Part shown: positions 45,168-55,102 of the stretch, piece after piece
Layout: the number at the start of each line of letters is the position of its first letter
Numbering within the stretch: position 1 is the stretch's first letter
Virus record (IMG/VR): IMGVR_UViG_3300009678_000002
Coordinates: 1-64,000 of that record
Source of the DNA: a virus
Lineage: Duplodnaviria; Caudoviricetes
Direction: 5' to 3' (one strand)
Length of the DNA: 64,000 nucleotides
Position numbers and translations under genes: made by a program
The notes under the pieces: generated by a model
Databases searched by the model: none
Seen by the model: the letters and a program-made list of their open reading frames with translations, nothing else
What the model was told of the DNA's origin: nothing

Positions 45168-45914
45168 TCACCCGAAGTCGGCCCAGTCGTCCGACATCCG
45201 GCCGCGGAACTCGTCGGGCTCGTCGGGGTTGCCGCTGACCACGCGCGCGCCGAGCTCCTGCGCCGGCGCTGTGTCGGACTGCTTGACCGCTCCGGTCTGC
45301 AGTTCCTTCAGCCACGCGAGCGCCTCGGCTCGAGCATCGGAGACCGACACCTCGACGCCGCCGCCCTGCAGCACGTGCTTCTTGAGGACGTACGCCGCGG
45401 CGAAACACGCGGTGGCCTCGGTCATCGCAGGCGACCACTCGGTGAGCGGCAGCGGGTGCGCGCCGCCGACGCGGTGCGCGACGTGGCTGCTGGCCTTGAT
45501 GAGGCCGCGGACGATGACGCCCTCCTTGGCCTGCTCGAGGACGTCGTCGGGCAGCGCGTCGTCGAGGTCATCGCGCTCGGCGAAGAGGGTGTGCGCGAAG
45601 CCTGCGACCGAGAACGTGCAGTCATCGGTCACGACCCAGCCTGCGCGCACGTACGCGTCGCAGCCGTCGAACGAGCCGCGGAGCTTGGCCGCGGCGGAGA
45701 CGGGCGGGAAGGTTCCGATGCGGCGCCATCCGTTCGTGCCGTCCGGCGACGTCTCGATGTAGACCTCGAGCGGCTCGCCCTCCACCTCGGTGACGGTCAG
45801 GTGCAGGTCGACCGCGTGCCGGACCGTGTCGGTCTCGATCTCGACGGCGTCGCCTTCCCCGTCGGCGGCGCGCTCGTCGAGCTCGAGCAGTTCAATGGCG
45901 AGCTTGTGCGCCAT
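45168..45914 (-). CDS. Head-tail adaptor (Mu gp36/DUF1320-like) with extra N-terminal beta domain
   Basis: ASS...PLPLT...AC..AAY...A.AWLKEL..G. Confidence 0.7.
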   Translation of the reverse strand: MAHKLAIELLELDERAADGEGDAVEIETDTVRHAVDLHLTVTEVEGEPLEVYIETSPDGTNGWRRIGTFPPVSAAAKLRGSFDGCDAYVRAGWVVTDDCTFSVAGFAHTLFAERDDLDDALPDDVLEQAKEGVIVRGLIKASSHVAHRVGGAHPLPLTEWSPAMTEATACFAAAYVLKKHVLQGGGVEVSVSDARAEALAWLKELQTGAVKQSDTAPAQELGARVVSGNPDEPDEFRGRMSDDWADFG

Positions 45915-45918
45915 GGGT

Positions 45919-46392
45919 TCAGTCGTCGATCTTGAGCTGGCCGCGTGCGGCGCGGCGCTCGGCCTCGGCGCGCGGCATGACCACGACGTCGCCAGCGAAG
46001 TAGGGCATGCCGCCCCAGAGGTAGGTGCCGAGCGCGGTCGTCGACACGTTCCGGTTCGGCGGCGTCAGGGCGGGCTCGAGCAGGCCGGCCTCGCCGGCAT
46101 CGATCGCGCGCACGAGCTCGTCGGCCTGGGCCGGTGTGCTGGGCACGGTCGTGTGGAAGTGGATGTGCGTGACCACGGGCTCGGGCGCGCCGGGCTCGGG
46201 GTCCTCGGGCTCGGGGTTTGGCGGCGGCGCGGGCTCGGTGACGGCCTCTGCCTGGTCGAGCTCGAACTCGGCCGCCTCGGGCTCCGTGGTGGCGCCAGCG
46301 GGCGGCGCCGATTCGGGCGAGGTGGTGGGCGCTGGCTGCGCCTGCGGGGGCGTGGCAGGCGCTGGTGAGCGACGGTTACGATTCTTCGCCAT
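45919..46392 (-). CDS. Pro-rich protein downstream of capsid
   Basis: Low-complexity N-terminus; short C-terminal domain YFAGDVV.MP..EA. Confidence 0.65.
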   Translation of the reverse strand: MAKNRNRRSPAPATPPQAQPAPTTSPESAPPAGATTEPEAAEFELDQAEAVTEPAPPPNPEPEDPEPGAPEPVVTHIHFHTTVPSTPAQADELVRAIDAGEAGLLEPALTPPNRNVSTTALGTYLWGGMPYFAGDVVVMPRAEAERRAARGQLKIDD

Positions 46393-46449
46393 GGTGCTCC
46401 GCTTGCCTCGGGTCGGGGTTGTGGGTACTCGGTTGAGGTAGGCACGTGC

Positions 46450-46507
46450 GGGGCCGCTGCCGTGCGACGGGAATCCCTCGCGGGATCATCCGTGCGGCAG
46501 CGGCCCC
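46450..46507 (-). terminator. Hairpin after the capsid gene
   Basis: GGGGCCGCTGCCG ... CGGCAGCGGCCCC 13-bp stem. Confidence 0.5.
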
Positions 46508-46531
46508 TGCCCGATCAGGCCGCTAGGCCGA

Positions 46532-47689
46532 TCAGGTGGTGATGCTGGTGATCAGGAAGCCGGCGTCTGCCGCCACGATCTTGTGGTCCTCGGAGACCGC
46601 GACCTTGGCGTAGATTCCGCCGCGCTTGCCGGTCTTCGGGTCCGCCCACTGCGTGGTCAGCGGGTCGCCGTTGCTGCGGAAGGTCGTTCCGAAGTGGAGC
46701 GACCGGCGGCTCGGACGCACCGCGACCGAGAGGATGCCGAACACGTCGCCGGTGACCATGCGAGCGTATGTCGCCGTCTGACCGTCGTTGGCCGTATCCT
46801 CGCGTGCGCGGGTGACGAGCAGCTCGTCGAGACCGAACCACCCCGCGACCATCTGCGGCGTGATGAGGCCGGTCTGCACGTACTTCATGCGCTCGGCCAG
46901 CGCCGCGTTGTTGATGATGCCGCTGTTCCACACGCCGAGCGAGCAGAACGCCACCTTGCGGGTCGGCGTCTGCCCGACCCACAGCGCATCCTTCGCCGCG
47001 GTGATGTCCGCGATGATGGTGCCGCCGGTCGAGTCGCTCCAGTTGGTCGACGCGGTGGTCGTGTTGCTGCCGTAGCTGCCCGAGGCAGCGACGATCGCGA
47101 GGATGCGCTTCTCGCGCCGGAACGCGATGCCCTCGTTGATGGCCTCGACCAGGTCGACCATTTCATCGAAAGGCGCGTCCTGGTTCTGGATCGTCTCGAG
47201 GTCGAGGAAGTTCAGGTAGCCGTAATCCTTGACCGAGTAGTTGTCGGTCGTGCGGCTCGCGTCGACTTCGTTCGGCACACTGCGCGATCCGATCTCGTCA
47301 TCCGGGAACGCGAGGCGTTCACGCTTCGGATAGATCGCGTAGTAGTCCGACCGCTTCGACACCGGCACGGCCGGCATCAGCCGCTCGCCGATGTACTCGT
47401 CATTGGCGTACTGCACCGACATCTCTGCGAGCAGAGTGTCGACGTGCACGCTGACGGGGTTCACCGAGCGCACGATGAGCTCGCGGCGGTACGCCTCGCC
47501 ATGCACCTCGCAGCCGAGGCCGCGGATGAAGTCGAGGTTCTTCGCCTTGAGGATCTTCTTGCTGTCCTCGGTCATGCCCGCGAGCTGGTCGCGGACCTTG
47601 TTCATCATCGCCTCGTATGCGAGGCCTTTCTGGGTGCGCGAAATGGGCGCTTCTCGGCCCGCGCCCCCAAGCATGTTGTGCTGGAGCAT
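46532..47689 (-). CDS. Major capsid protein
   Basis: VD..L..MSVQYAN..YIG..LMP.VPV.K, REKR, KIVAADAGFLI; position after cement gene. Confidence 0.9.
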   Translation of the reverse strand: MLQHNMLGGAGREAPISRTQKGLAYEAMMNKVRDQLAGMTEDSKKILKAKNLDFIRGLGCEVHGEAYRRELIVRSVNPVSVHVDTLLAEMSVQYANDEYIGERLMPAVPVSKRSDYYAIYPKRERLAFPDDEIGSRSVPNEVDASRTTDNYSVKDYGYLNFLDLETIQNQDAPFDEMVDLVEAINEGIAFRREKRILAIVAASGSYGSNTTTASTNWSDSTGGTIIADITAAKDALWVGQTPTRKVAFCSLGVWNSGIINNAALAERMKYVQTGLITPQMVAGWFGLDELLVTRAREDTANDGQTATYARMVTGDVFGILSVAVRPSRRSLHFGTTFRSNGDPLTTQWADPKTGKRGGIYAKVAVSEDHKIVAADAGFLITSITT

Positions 47690-47795
47690 CTTGATTACCT
47701 TTGTTGGAATGGAGGGTTGAGAGACGAGAGCGCGCGCGCGGCGAGCGACATGCCCGCCGCGGTCATCGATCACTCGACGATCAGCCGGTCAGCGA

Positions 47796-48224
47796 TTACT
47801 CGCCGACCGCGTGGCGTACGAGTGCGAGGCCGACGTAGTCGCCGTCGGCGCCGTTCTGCGTGAAGTAGCCGGGGCTGTTCACGTCCGTGTCCGCGCCCGT
47901 GTAGTCCGGCACCGCATCGGTCAGCCTGCCGGCCGACACGTACTTGGCCGACTGACCGCGCGTCGCGCCGCCTGCGCCGACACGGACCTTCGCGACGCCG
48001 CCGACGAGCAGCGCCACGGAGACCTTGTCGCCCGCCGCGCCGGCGAGCTTGCCCAGCATCACGACGACGCCGATCGGCAGCGCGACCGCGCTGTCGATGC
48101 GGAGGCATTCGTGGTCCGCGTTGCCGTCCATCACGACGTCACCGAGGAACACGGTGGCCGCTGCCTCCACCGTGCGTTCCACGATGGTGCAGCCGGAGAG
48201 GATCTGATCTGCGCGAGTAGCCAT
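47796..48224 (-). CDS. Capsid cement / decoration protein (DUF2190-like)
   Basis: PIGVV...AGDKVSV...GVAKVRVG. Confidence 0.75.
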   Translation of the reverse strand: MATRADQILSGCTIVERTVEAAATVFLGDVVMDGNADHECLRIDSAVALPIGVVVMLGKLAGAAGDKVSVALLVGGVAKVRVGAGGATRGQSAKYVSAGRLTDAVPDYTGADTDVNSPGYFTQNGADGDYVGLALVRHAVGE

Positions 48225-48351
48225 GGTCGAAGTCCTTTCGAGGACGGAGCTCCGCGCTCACTGCCGCGCTTGCGCGCGGAGCGTTCGGTTTCCCCGCCCG
48301 AGATCTGTTTGATTGGTTAGAGGTTGTGGTGTTGAACGCGAGTGGCGACCG

Positions 48352-49563
48352 TCAGGCCGCGGCGGCCGCCTTGCGGGCGATGTCGAGCAGGTCGTCCTTG
48401 ACCACGGGCTTGTCGGACGGCGCCGGCGTCGGCTGCGTCGCGCTCGTGAGCGGATCGCCGTCGACCTTCACCTCGGTCGCGAGCGGAATGTCGGCCGTCG
48501 CGTCGAGCTTCTCGAGTGCGAACTCGAGGCCCTTCGCGCTCGCCAGCACTTCCCAGACCTCGCGCTGCGCCTTCGCGAACTTCTTGCCCTCGCGGGCGTC
48601 GAGCTCGCTCTTGGTCACGCGTGCGTCCGCTGCGGTCGCGCGCTCGGCTGCGGCCTTGGCAGCGGTCTCGTGCTGCGCGCTGAGAGCCTTCTCCGCGTTC
48701 AGCTCGGCTTCGAGCTCGGCCACGCGCTTGCTGCCTTCCGCGTGCGAGGTCTCGGCCGTCGTCGCGCGCGTCTCGAGCTGCGTGACGCGAGCGTTCAGGG
48801 TTGCGTTGTCCGACAGCGCCTTGTCATACGCCGCCTTCTCTTCTGGGGTCATGGCCATGGTGGTCTCCGTGTCGCCAGTTACGGCGGCGTTGCGAGCCGC
48901 AACGATGCGGCTCAGGTGCTCTCGACTCCGCTCGATCGACTTCGCGACCGCTTGCGGATTGCTTCCCATCGGAACGACGCTGATCTCGTGCAGCTCGTTC
49001 GGGAACTCTTCTGAACCGACCTCGTAGAACTTCGTGTTGCCGGCCTTGTCCTTGACGGCCGTGATCGAGCCGGCGCGAAAGCCGACGCTGACCGCGCGCA
49101 GCACGCGCTGCGTGATGCGGCGCCAGAGCTTGTCGACGAGCGGCTCCTCTTCGGCCGTGCCCTTCACGAGCTGGATCGTCGCGTGCAGCTTCTTACTCTT
49201 GACCTCGACCTTGATGGCCTTGCCGATCGGCATCAGGTCTTCGGGGTCGACCGAGCCTTCGTAGGCCCATCGCGACACGCCGAAGAGGTTGTGCGCCCAG
49301 AGGATGACCGGGTTGAGCTCGTACCGGGTCAGGTCCCAGTGCTGGCGCACGATGTCGCCATGGCTGTCCATCACCTCGGTCGAGGCGATCACCTCGAAGG
49401 TGCGCTCCTCTTCGTTGATGACCTTGACCTCGACGTCCATGCCCATGCGCACGAAGTCGCCGCGCTCGGTGTCGTCGTCGACGCGCTCGACGTCGGTGTC
49501 GTTGTCGTCGAGCTTGAGCCGCGCCTGCTTGCCCGGTTCAGTGGTGTTCGAGTTCAGCCGCAT
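48352..49563 (-). CDS. HK97-type prohead protease with C-terminal scaffold
   Basis: DSHGDIV, NPVILWAH, AVSVGF, ELHEISVVPMGSNP; coiled-coil tail. Confidence 0.92.
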   Translation of the reverse strand: MRLNSNTTEPGKQARLKLDDNDTDVERVDDDTERGDFVRMGMDVEVKVINEEERTFEVIASTEVMDSHGDIVRQHWDLTRYELNPVILWAHNLFGVSRWAYEGSVDPEDLMPIGKAIKVEVKSKKLHATIQLVKGTAEEEPLVDKLWRRITQRVLRAVSVGFRAGSITAVKDKAGNTKFYEVGSEEFPNELHEISVVPMGSNPQAVAKSIERSREHLSRIVAARNAAVTGDTETTMAMTPEEKAAYDKALSDNATLNARVTQLETRATTAETSHAEGSKRVAELEAELNAEKALSAQHETAAKAAAERATAADARVTKSELDAREGKKFAKAQREVWEVLASAKGLEFALEKLDATADIPLATEVKVDGDPLTSATQPTPAPSDKPVVKDDLLDIARKAAAAA

Positions 49564-49744
49564 GATCGTCTCCTCGGGGTTCGGGCTGCTGCGCGCGGTC
49601 CGCATACGGGACGCACCCGCACATGCCAGCGCGGCGGCTGTGCTGCTTACGCAGCCAGCGAGCACGCGCGGCTTGGTCTTCCGACTCGGGCGCGCCGCGC
49701 TCGGCGGCGGCCCGGGTCGGCTTGTCTCGCGTCGTCATCGCGCC

Positions 49745-50371
49745 TTAGCTGGCAGCCTTGCGCGTGAACTCGAGGACGATGAAGTGGATGATCAGGTCGT
49801 CGTCGTCGAGCGTGCCCGCGGTCGGCGTGATCGTGAACGCGATGCCGGCCGGACCCGCGGGGAGGTTCTCGGCAGCGAGCTCGAGCTCGATGACCTGAAT
49901 CGTGCGGCTCGTCGCTTCCGGGTCGCCGATCTCTGCGGTCGTGTCGCCGTAGTCCGAGTCGGCGTTGTGCAGCGCGGCCAGTTCCTGGTTGATCGCCGTG
50001 ATGTCGAGCGTGGCCGTGTTGTCCGCGGTCGCGCCGACCTTGCTGCAGTACACCTTGAGCGTCGCGACCGCGGTGTTGTCGAAGGTCTCGTCGACGATCG
50101 CGCGGAACGCGATCGCCTCGGGCGTGGCGTGGTCGTTCCAGCGGACGCCGATCGTGTCTTCGCCGACGTACAAGCCCGGCGTGCCGTCGTCGCCGTCGAC
50201 GAACAGGGCCATAGGCGCGCCCGTGCCGAGAATGCAGTCGGTCGGCTTGATCAGGATGCGGCCGGGGCCGTTCAGGACGTCCGCCTGCTGCTGCTGCGCC
50301 GATGCCATGCCCGCGAGGTGCGTGAGCGCGGTCGTGATCTGGTCGCGGATTTCTCCGAGGGTGAGTGACAT
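49745..50371 (-). CDS. Beta-rich head accessory protein
   Basis: AGGAG RBS; between portal and protease. Confidence 0.6.
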   Translation of the reverse strand: MSLTLGEIRDQITTALTHLAGMASAQQQQADVLNGPGRILIKPTDCILGTGAPMALFVDGDDGTPGLYVGEDTIGVRWNDHATPEAIAFRAIVDETFDNTAVATLKVYCSKVGATADNTATLDITAINQELAALHNADSDYGDTTAEIGDPEATSRTIQVIELELAAENLPAGPAGIAFTITPTAGTLDDDDLIIHFIVLEFTRKAAS

Positions 50372-50414
50372 GGATCTGATTCTCCTGTGGAACGGTGGTG
50401 GTGAACGCCGAGCG

Positions 50415-51851
50415 CTACTCGGCAGCGGCCTCGCCGCCGGCCGCCGCGGCCTCGAGCAGCGACAGGTCCTCTTCGATCTCGACTCCGAACCCGTCGGCGA
50501 TCTCCTGCAGGTTCTTGACGCGGTAGCCGCCGGTCAGGAACGCGCGCGACATGAACGCCAGCGTTCGCGCGTCCTCGGCGACCATCGAGTTCTCGTTCAC
50601 GAGTTCCTCGTCTTCGCCCGGCTGCGGCATGCCGACCTGGTCACGCACCCACGGCGCCGGGATCTTCAGGCCCGCAATGCGCAGCGTGTTGATGGCGGTC
50701 GCGAACTCGCTGATGTCCGTGCCCTCGTCGGTCTGGAACACTGCCGCCGGGCACCGGATGTCGGCGCCCACGTTCAGCGCGACCGCGGGCATGAACATGC
50801 AATAGCGAAGGCCGGCTGCGATCGCGCGGCAGTCCTCTTCGCCGATGTCGGTGCGGACCTGGTCGCGCACCACTGCGCCGCGCTGGTCGCCGTGCTCGGT
50901 GCTCTCGGTGGTCGTGGTCTGGCCGAGGATGGCCTTGCTCATCTCGCGGCCGAGCGTGTCGAACAGCTCGCGGTGCGTGCTCGGGCTCGGCGCGCTGCCC
51001 TTCGGGTAGTGCACATCGATCTGCGTGTCGGTGTCGCAGACGCCGATGCCCTCGGTGCCGACCCGCTCGAGCATGGTGACGAGCTTGTCGATGTCGTCGA
51101 TGTGCGTGCCGGGCTTGTACTTGCCGATCCGCCACGGCTTCCACGCAATCTCGGCGAGCGCGATCCAGTCACGCAGACCCCAGTTGCGGAGCAGCGCCGA
51201 CCAGACGAGCAGGCGCGCGAGGCCTTCGCGCGCAGGGACGTCGCCAACGATGCGGCGCTGGATCTGGATGATGCGGCCGGGGAACTCTGCGAGCAGGTCC
51301 ACGCCGACGGTGTCGCCGGTTGTCTTGCGGTAGCGCAGCGAGCCGTCCGCGAGCGCGAAGATGAAGTCGCGCGCGTGCACGGGCTTGGCGCGGTACGGCA
51401 GCAGCAGGCCTTCGCTCGTGCGCTTCCACAGCAGCTCGGACGTTGCGTGCCCGAACAGAAAGCCGTTCATGTGCGAGATGAGCTCGGGCCAGTTCTCGAA
51501 GTCGTCCCGGATGCGGCGGCAGAGGTCGGCTGCCTCCTGCTCCTTTGGGCTCGCGTCCTTCGGAACCACGAACTCGAGATCGACCAGAGCGGGCGCGCGC
51601 TCGCGTGTGCTGAGCACGCCCTGAAGGTGGCCGTCTTTCTGACGGCTCTCGTTCATCAGGTCGACGAGCCGGTCAGGCTGGCCGCCATCGGCAGCGCGGA
51701 TGATCTCGCTTACGCCCAGAGGGGAGAGGCCGCCGCCGATGCGCTGGAACTGCTCCCATAGCGGCTTGGCGTGGATGATCGGAGTGCTGGTCGGTTCGAC
51801 CTGCGCAGGCCCGAATGCCTGCTTGATCCACGCGAGGAGGTTGAACGCCAT
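50415..51851 (-). CDS. Portal protein (DUF935 / Mu gp29-like)
   Basis: KDGHL..VL.TR, GLAR, DW..LAE, PWRIGKY, EMSKAILGQT.T. Confidence 0.92.
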   Translation of the reverse strand: MAFNLLAWIKQAFGPAQVEPTSTPIIHAKPLWEQFQRIGGGLSPLGVSEIIRAADGGQPDRLVDLMNESRQKDGHLQGVLSTRERAPALVDLEFVVPKDASPKEQEAADLCRRIRDDFENWPELISHMNGFLFGHATSELLWKRTSEGLLLPYRAKPVHARDFIFALADGSLRYRKTTGDTVGVDLLAEFPGRIIQIQRRIVGDVPAREGLARLLVWSALLRNWGLRDWIALAEIAWKPWRIGKYKPGTHIDDIDKLVTMLERVGTEGIGVCDTDTQIDVHYPKGSAPSPSTHRELFDTLGREMSKAILGQTTTTESTEHGDQRGAVVRDQVRTDIGEEDCRAIAAGLRYCMFMPAVALNVGADIRCPAAVFQTDEGTDISEFATAINTLRIAGLKIPAPWVRDQVGMPQPGEDEELVNENSMVAEDARTLAFMSRAFLTGGYRVKNLQEIADGFGVEIEEDLSLLEAAAAGGEAAAE

Positions 51852-51862
51852 GGGTGCTCGCT

Positions 51863-52429
51863 TCAGCCGAAGCCTCGGCCGCGCGAGTTGCCCCAGCGGC
51901 CGGTGGTGATTCGAGGGAGCTGCGTGCGCGGCAGCGGTTGAACCGCCGCCGGCGCGGCCCCGGGCGCCGGAAGGAATGACGACGCGTCGGCGGCCGCGCC
52001 GGCTGGCGCAGGCACGCGCGAGCTCGGCCTCGCCTGGACGACGGCGCCTGCCCCGTTGGCGATGAACAGCACGCCGCGGGCACGCAGGTCAGGCTCGATC
52101 TCGCGCAGCACGGTCTCGGCGCCCTTCCCCATCGTGCGCTGACCGGGCGTCAGCTCGACGAACGGGCTCGAGAGCCAGAACAGTTTCTCGCAGGGCTTGT
52201 CCGGCCCGGCGGCGAGCGCCTTGCGTAGCGCTCGGATGGCGGCGACGCCTTCGACGATCCACGGACCGCGGCGCTCGAGCATCCACTCGGCGGCCTTCGC
52301 GCTCGCCTCGGACCATCCCATCGAGATCAGGTTGTCGGTGCGGAGCAGCTCGTAGCCGAGCTCGGTGCGTAGCTGGTCGGCGAGCGTCGACTTGCCGGCC
52401 CGCGGTATGCCGGCGATCACGATGCGCAT
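51863..52429 (-). CDS. P-loop kinase-like protein
   Basis: RIVIAGIPRAGKST, TD, WIVEG. Confidence 0.75.
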   Translation of the reverse strand: MRIVIAGIPRAGKSTLADQLRTELGYELLRTDNLISMGWSEASAKAAEWMLERRGPWIVEGVAAIRALRKALAAGPDKPCEKLFWLSSPFVELTPGQRTMGKGAETVLREIEPDLRARGVLFIANGAGAVVQARPSSRVPAPAGAAADASSFLPAPGAAPAAVQPLPRTQLPRITTGRWGNSRGRGFG

Positions 52430-52433
52430 CGGG

Positions 52434-52811
52434 TCACCGATTCTTGGCTGGCTTCAGCTTCGGCCGCGGGCCGGGTGGGTCGTCGGTGCGGCCGAGCATC
52501 GGGTTCGCGAACGCCTTCGCCGGCCGCTCCACACTCGGCGGCCTCTCCTGCCTCACCCTCGGCGTGTGCACCGGCTTGGGGGTCCTGCCGCCCTTGCCGC
52601 GCAGCTTCGCCCGGTGCGCTTCGACCGCTGCCCTGCGAGCAGCCAGCCATGCGCGTGCACCCTCGGGCGTGTCCGCACCCTGCCGTGCGAGCTCGGCCGC
52701 TGCGTGCGCGGCGGCTTTCTGCATCACTGCGATCGTGCGCGGTCTCATGCGTTCACCCGTGTTCGTCGCATCCGTCCCGGGTGCCGAGCAGCCCGGGGCG
52801 TGGCTGGCCAT
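52434..52811 (-). CDS. Basic hypothetical protein
   Basis: Fills the gap between terL and the kinase gene. Confidence 0.4.
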   Translation of the reverse strand: MASHAPGCSAPGTDATNTGERMRPRTIAVMQKAAAHAAAELARQGADTPEGARAWLAARRAAVEAHRAKLRGKGGRTPKPVHTPRVRQERPPSVERPAKAFANPMLGRTDDPPGPRPKLKPAKNR

Positions 52812-52871
52812 GTCACAGCCCTTTGGACTCGCTGATCCGGAGCTTCCGCTCCCAGGACGCATGCGACGAAC

Positions 52872-54428
52872 TCAACCGAACCCGCGACCGCGGAACCCAT
52901 CCCAGCGCGAGCCCTCGCGCCGCGGCAGCGCGACGATCTTCGTGCGCGGTGCCTGGTAGACCGCGAGCTGCAGCGCGTCGAACCTGTCCGGCGAGCGCTT
53001 GATGCGAGCCTTGATGTCGAGCTTGCTCTCGACCTGGTAGCGGCCCTGCGTGTCGAACTTGTACCGCGGCGCGACGAGCTCGCCCTCGAGCTCGGGGTCC
53101 GGGTGAATCGTGCCGCCCTCGGCGAGCCAGTCGCGCACCGCGAAGTGCAGCTGCGCGCGGAGGTTGTGGTAGCCGGGGCCGGTTGTGCTGTCGGCCGAGC
53201 GTGAGCTCTTGCAGTCGACCGCGGTCATCTCGTTACTGCGGCAGAGGATGGCGAACACGCCAGCGCCGACGCCGATCGTGTCGATGTTGACGACCGGCAC
53301 TTCGTCCTTCGCGCGCAGCTCGCGCACGAGCTCGAGCACCTGGCCGGCGATGTCGACCGAGTCCATCGAGTGGAGCACGATCGGGTGATAGGTCTTCTTG
53401 CCGCGGCGCGGCTGGATGACCGTGTCGTCGTCGCCGAACTCCGCGACGTCGACACCGATCTGCAGCTCGCCCTCGTACGTGGCCGCGTCCCAGTCGCGGC
53501 GCGCTGCCTCGAGCAGCCGCAGCGGGATGACCGCGTCGCTCGCCTGCTCGGGGAAGTCTCCGCGAACGCGGACCGCGTACAGCGATGAGGCCGTGCCCCA
53601 GACGCGCGCGCGCTCGGCTACCCACTCCGGCGTGGCCAGGCCCGGGATCGCGTTGTCGTTGGCTGGGGTGTGCTCGCTCGAGATGTGCAGGCAGTGGAAG
53701 ACGTGGCGCTCGCTGTGGAACGCGTCGAAGAACTTGCCGCTGGTCTGGGTCGGGTTGCCGAATAGCAGCAGGTAGGCGCCGCCGGCGCGGTTGCCCTCGA
53801 TGGCCTCGAAGATCGGCTCGTCGACGCCGGAGGCCTCGTCGACGATGTACAGCACGTGCTGGCCGGAGATGCCCGAGAACCGGTCGGCGTCGTCGGTGCT
53901 GAAGCCCAGGATCTCGCGGCCGTCGTCGGCGATGATGCCGGTCGACGGGTCGCGGCTCGGGTCGGGCCCGAGGTCTCGCCCCTTCACTCGAGCTCGCCGC
54001 CGAGCGATGCGGTACAGCCGCCGCACCTCGCGCCACAGAACGATCTTGACCTGCCGCGCGGTGGGTGCGGTAAGCACTGCTCGAGCCGCGGGGCGCGTGG
54101 CGAACCACCAGATGGCGACGCCCGCTGCGATCGTGGACTTGCCGACCTTGTGGCCGCTGCGGACCGCGATGGCCTTGTGCTCGGGCAGCGCGCGCAGGAT
54201 GTCGATCTGCCCGGTCTGGCCGGGCATGGCCGCGGCCCAGGGCTCGATGCCGAGGATCTCGCGAAAGAAATCGATCGGCCGGTCCGCGTACTCGGGCAGC
54301 GGCGGCGGCGCGACTACGTGGTCGCAGTCGTCGGTGTCAGTGGACTTCGCTGTGATCTTCTGGAACTTCTGCGCCAGCCACTGCTTCGTCACCTTGCGCC
54401 TTCGCGATGGCGTGGACGAGGTCTGCAT
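52872..54428 (-). CDS. terL: Terminase large subunit
   Basis: VRSGHKVGKS, YIVDEASG, GNPT, IGVDVAEFGDD, SPDRFDAL. Confidence 0.95.
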   Translation of the reverse strand: MQTSSTPSRRRKVTKQWLAQKFQKITAKSTDTDDCDHVVAPPPLPEYADRPIDFFREILGIEPWAAAMPGQTGQIDILRALPEHKAIAVRSGHKVGKSTIAAGVAIWWFATRPAARAVLTAPTARQVKIVLWREVRRLYRIARRRARVKGRDLGPDPSRDPSTGIIADDGREILGFSTDDADRFSGISGQHVLYIVDEASGVDEPIFEAIEGNRAGGAYLLLFGNPTQTSGKFFDAFHSERHVFHCLHISSEHTPANDNAIPGLATPEWVAERARVWGTASSLYAVRVRGDFPEQASDAVIPLRLLEAARRDWDAATYEGELQIGVDVAEFGDDDTVIQPRRGKKTYHPIVLHSMDSVDIAGQVLELVRELRAKDEVPVVNIDTIGVGAGVFAILCRSNEMTAVDCKSSRSADSTTGPGYHNLRAQLHFAVRDWLAEGGTIHPDPELEGELVAPRYKFDTQGRYQVESKLDIKARIKRSPDRFDALQLAVYQAPRTKIVALPRREGSRWDGFRGRGFG

Positions 54429-54969
54429 ACGACTCCGGCTTCATGAACGCTTCGACCATGTCGAGCAGGTCCTGCAGCTCGGCGAGCACGCGCACGTCCA
54501 GGCGGTCGCCGAACATCCCGTGCAGGTCCTTGCCGAGCGCGATCCACGCCGCATTCGAAGCACCGAACTGCTCGGCGGCCGCGGCCTTGCGCGCGTTACT
54601 CTTGAGCGCGCGCGTGATTTCAGTGCGCGAGACCTTCGCCTCTTCGTCGAGCCGACGGTCGAACGCCTCGATCGCTGCCTTCACGCGCGGCTTCTGCCGC
54701 AGCTTGTGACCGATCGAGATGCTGCTCGCGTGGTTGGCCTTGCTGCCAGCGCGCCGGACCGCGAGCGATGCATCTCGGCACTGCACGAACTCGCGCACGA
54801 ACGCGCGCTCGAACAGCGTCAGGTCCTCGGCGACCGGCGCAGCGGTGCATTCGTGCGCCTCGCGCAAGAACTCCGCGTCGTCCTCGCTGCCGCGCTCCGC
54901 CTGCTCCTGGGCGTTGCGCAGGAACGCCAGGACATGCGCGCGGGCTTCGCTGACGGGGGCCGTGGCCAT
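54337..54969 (-). CDS. terS: Terminase small subunit
   Basis: FVREF...DASLAVRRAG...L..PRVKAAI...LGKDLHGMF. Confidence 0.85.
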   Translation of the reverse strand: MATAPVSEARAHVLAFLRNAQEQAERGSEDDAEFLREAHECTAAPVAEDLTLFERAFVREFVQCRDASLAVRRAGSKANHASSISIGHKLRQKPRVKAAIEAFDRRLDEEAKVSRTEITRALKSNARKAAAAEQFGASNAAWIALGKDLHGMFGDRLDVRVLAELQDLLDMVEAFMKPESYADLVHAIAKAQGDEAVAGAEVPEDHSEVH

Positions 54970-55048
54970 GGGGTGCCTCTGGGGAAACCCCGCCAAAACC
55001 AGGGGGATAACGCGGGTTTACGGGGGTGCCGAAGATTCTTTAGAACAC

Positions 55049-55102
55049 CGCTTGCAACAGTCTGCATGCTCGTGCATGGTGTTCGCCATGGACACGACGC
55101 AA
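55049..55102 (+). promoter_or_regulatory. Leaderless promoter, copy B1
   Basis: TTGCAA-17-CATGGT-7-ATG; repeated at 57573. Confidence 0.65.

Noticed and set aside
42724-45914. Mu-like transposable or contractile-tailed phage
   Set aside because: Mu-like portal and adaptor families are present, but no transposase, sheath or baseplate wedge genes are recognisable, and a tyrosine integrase is present
23600-54900. Long + strand ORFs (e.g. 30952-32709, 42679-44427, 49965-51761)
   Set aside because: Antisense shadows of high-GC structural genes; only 38800-39207 is supported
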